Position numbers and translations under genes: made by a program. From contig JBBTLZ010000041.1 of assembly GCA_038068435.1 (NCBI GenBank), positions 142 through 64,141 on the forward strand: 64,000 nt of DNA, written 5' to 3'. The notes beneath the pieces are model-generated. The model made no database searches, was not told the DNA's origin, and saw nothing but the letters and a program-made list of their open reading frames with translations. The stretch is from Candidatus Eiseniibacteriota bacterium (lineage in GTDB: Bacteria > Eisenbacteria > RBG-16-71-46). This document shows, piece after piece, positions 63,123 to 64,000 of the stretch (position 1 is its first letter; each line of letters begins with the position of its first letter).

Positions 63123-64000
63123 TGCGCTGGGACGCGCCGTGGGCGCTGCTCGCCCTGCTGGTGCTGCCGCTGCTCGCCTGGCGCGGGCGCCGGGAGGTGG
63201 CGAGGACGGCGGCGGTGCTGTGGGTCCGGGTGGAAGGGGCATGGGCGGCGGGGCTCACGGCGCTGCCGCTGCGCGCGGTCGCCCTGCTGCCGTGGCTGGC
63301 GCTCACGATCGCATCGCTGGCGCTCGCCCGCCCGCAGCAGGGGCTGCGCCAGAGCGAGACCGAAACGCGCGGTGTGGACATCGTACTGGCGCTCGACGTC
63401 TCGCCCAGCATGCGGGCCGAGGACTTCCGCCCGCGCAACCGCCTGTTCGTGGCCAAGGAGACGGCGCGCGAGTTCGTCCGCCAGCGTTCGCACGATCGCA
63501 TCGCGCTGGTGGCGTTCGCGGCCACCGCCTTCACCCAGTGTCCGCTCACCCTCGACCACGCGGTGCTGGGCGAGCTGCTCGACGGGCTCGACTTCGGGAT
63601 GGCCGAGGACGGGACCGCGATCGGCATGGGGCTCGCGACCGCCGTCGCGCGCCTGAAGGAGAGCCAGACGCCGAGCAAAGTGGTGGTGCTGCTCACCGAC
63701 GGGCAGAACAACCGCGGCGCCATCGATCCACTCACCGGCGCCGAGCTGGCGCACGCGCTCGGGATCCGGGTCTACACCGTGCTGGTGGGCCGCGGCGGCG
63801 TGGTGCCGGTGCCGGTCGATGATCCGGTCTTCGGACGACGCGTCGAGATGGTACGGATGGAGGTGGACGAGGGGGCGCTGCGCGAGATCGCGCGCCGCAC
63901 TGGCGGGCGGTTCTACCGCGCCCTCGACCCGGACGCGCTGGCCAGCATCTACGCCGCCATCGACCGGCTCGAGCGGGCGCCGATCCGCTCGATCGAATAC
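63122..64000 (+). CDS. BatA-like von Willebrand factor A domain membrane protein (partial; runs off the window end)
   Basis: ATG overlapping the upstream TGA. Two N-terminal TM helices. MIDAS VLALDVSPSM ... LLTDGQNN. No stop before position 64000, so it is absent from the ORF track. Confidence 0.75.
   Translation, partial: MRWDAPWALLALLVLPLLAWRGRREVARTAAVLWVRVEGAWAAGLTALPLRAVALLPWLALTIASLALARPQQGLRQSETETRGVDIVLALDVSPSMRAEDFRPRNRLFVAKETAREFVRQRSHDRIALVAFAATAFTQCPLTLDHAVLGELLDGLDFGMAEDGTAIGMGLATAVARLKESQTPSKVVVLLTDGQNNRGAIDPLTGAELAHALGIRVYTVLVGRGGVVPVPVDDPVFGRRVEMVRMEVDEGALREIARRTGGRFYRALDPDALASIYAAIDRLERAPIRSIEY

Overview
This is a 64 kb, very high-GC (about 70%) chromosomal window from a diderm bacterium. 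Almost all real genes lie on the + strand; the many long minus-strand ORFs are GC artefacts lying opposite recognisable conserved genes.

Layout:
(1) 1-5.5 kb: the right end of an integrated mobile element. Eleven small, translationally coupled ORFs of mostly unknown function, including an HExxH peptidase-like protein, an HTH-like protein and an RHH-like protein, end in a tyrosine integrase that sits 25 nt upstream of a tRNA-Sec (selC-type, anticodon UCA).
(2) 5.6-20.9 kb: a housekeeping block. lepA-lepB-hemW, hrcA-grpE-dnaJ-rsmE (no dnaK), and rpsU-cvpA-mutS2-dnaG-rpoD (a macromolecular-synthesis operon with insertions), followed by tRNA-Met(CAT) and tRNA-Val(CAC).
(3) 21-30 kb: a zinc-ribbon protein, a patatin-like lipase whose catalytic motifs are split by a multi-TM insertion, and rnhA whose 3' end overlaps the 5' end of the RNase P RNA (rnpB). 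Then recJ-relA-dtd-maf.
(4) 30-37 kb: rplM-rpsI, rpsB-tsf-pyrH-frr-uppS-cdsA-dxr and a GT2 glycosyltransferase.
(5) 37.5-48.3 kb: rseP, a 3-POTRA Omp85 (BamA/TamA-like), tamB, and an unusual 1068-aa Omp85 beta-barrel fused to an N-terminal peptidase-MA-like HExxH domain and a TolB-like PD40 propeller.
(6) 48.4-64 kb: uvrD, gatCAB, purD, tsaC, an LMW-PTP, ilvE, rpiB, glyA, an orphan ORF, and a MoxR-DUF58-TM protein-VWA (Bat-like) operon that runs off the window.

A recurring sigma70-type motif TTGnnn-N17/18-TAnnnT precedes nine transcription units, including rpsU, the tRNA operon, rnhA, recJ, rplM, rseP, uvrD, purD and moxR.

Coordinates that I derived myself, rather than took from the ORF track, may be off by 1-2 nt, because the printed sequence and the track disagree by one base in a few places.
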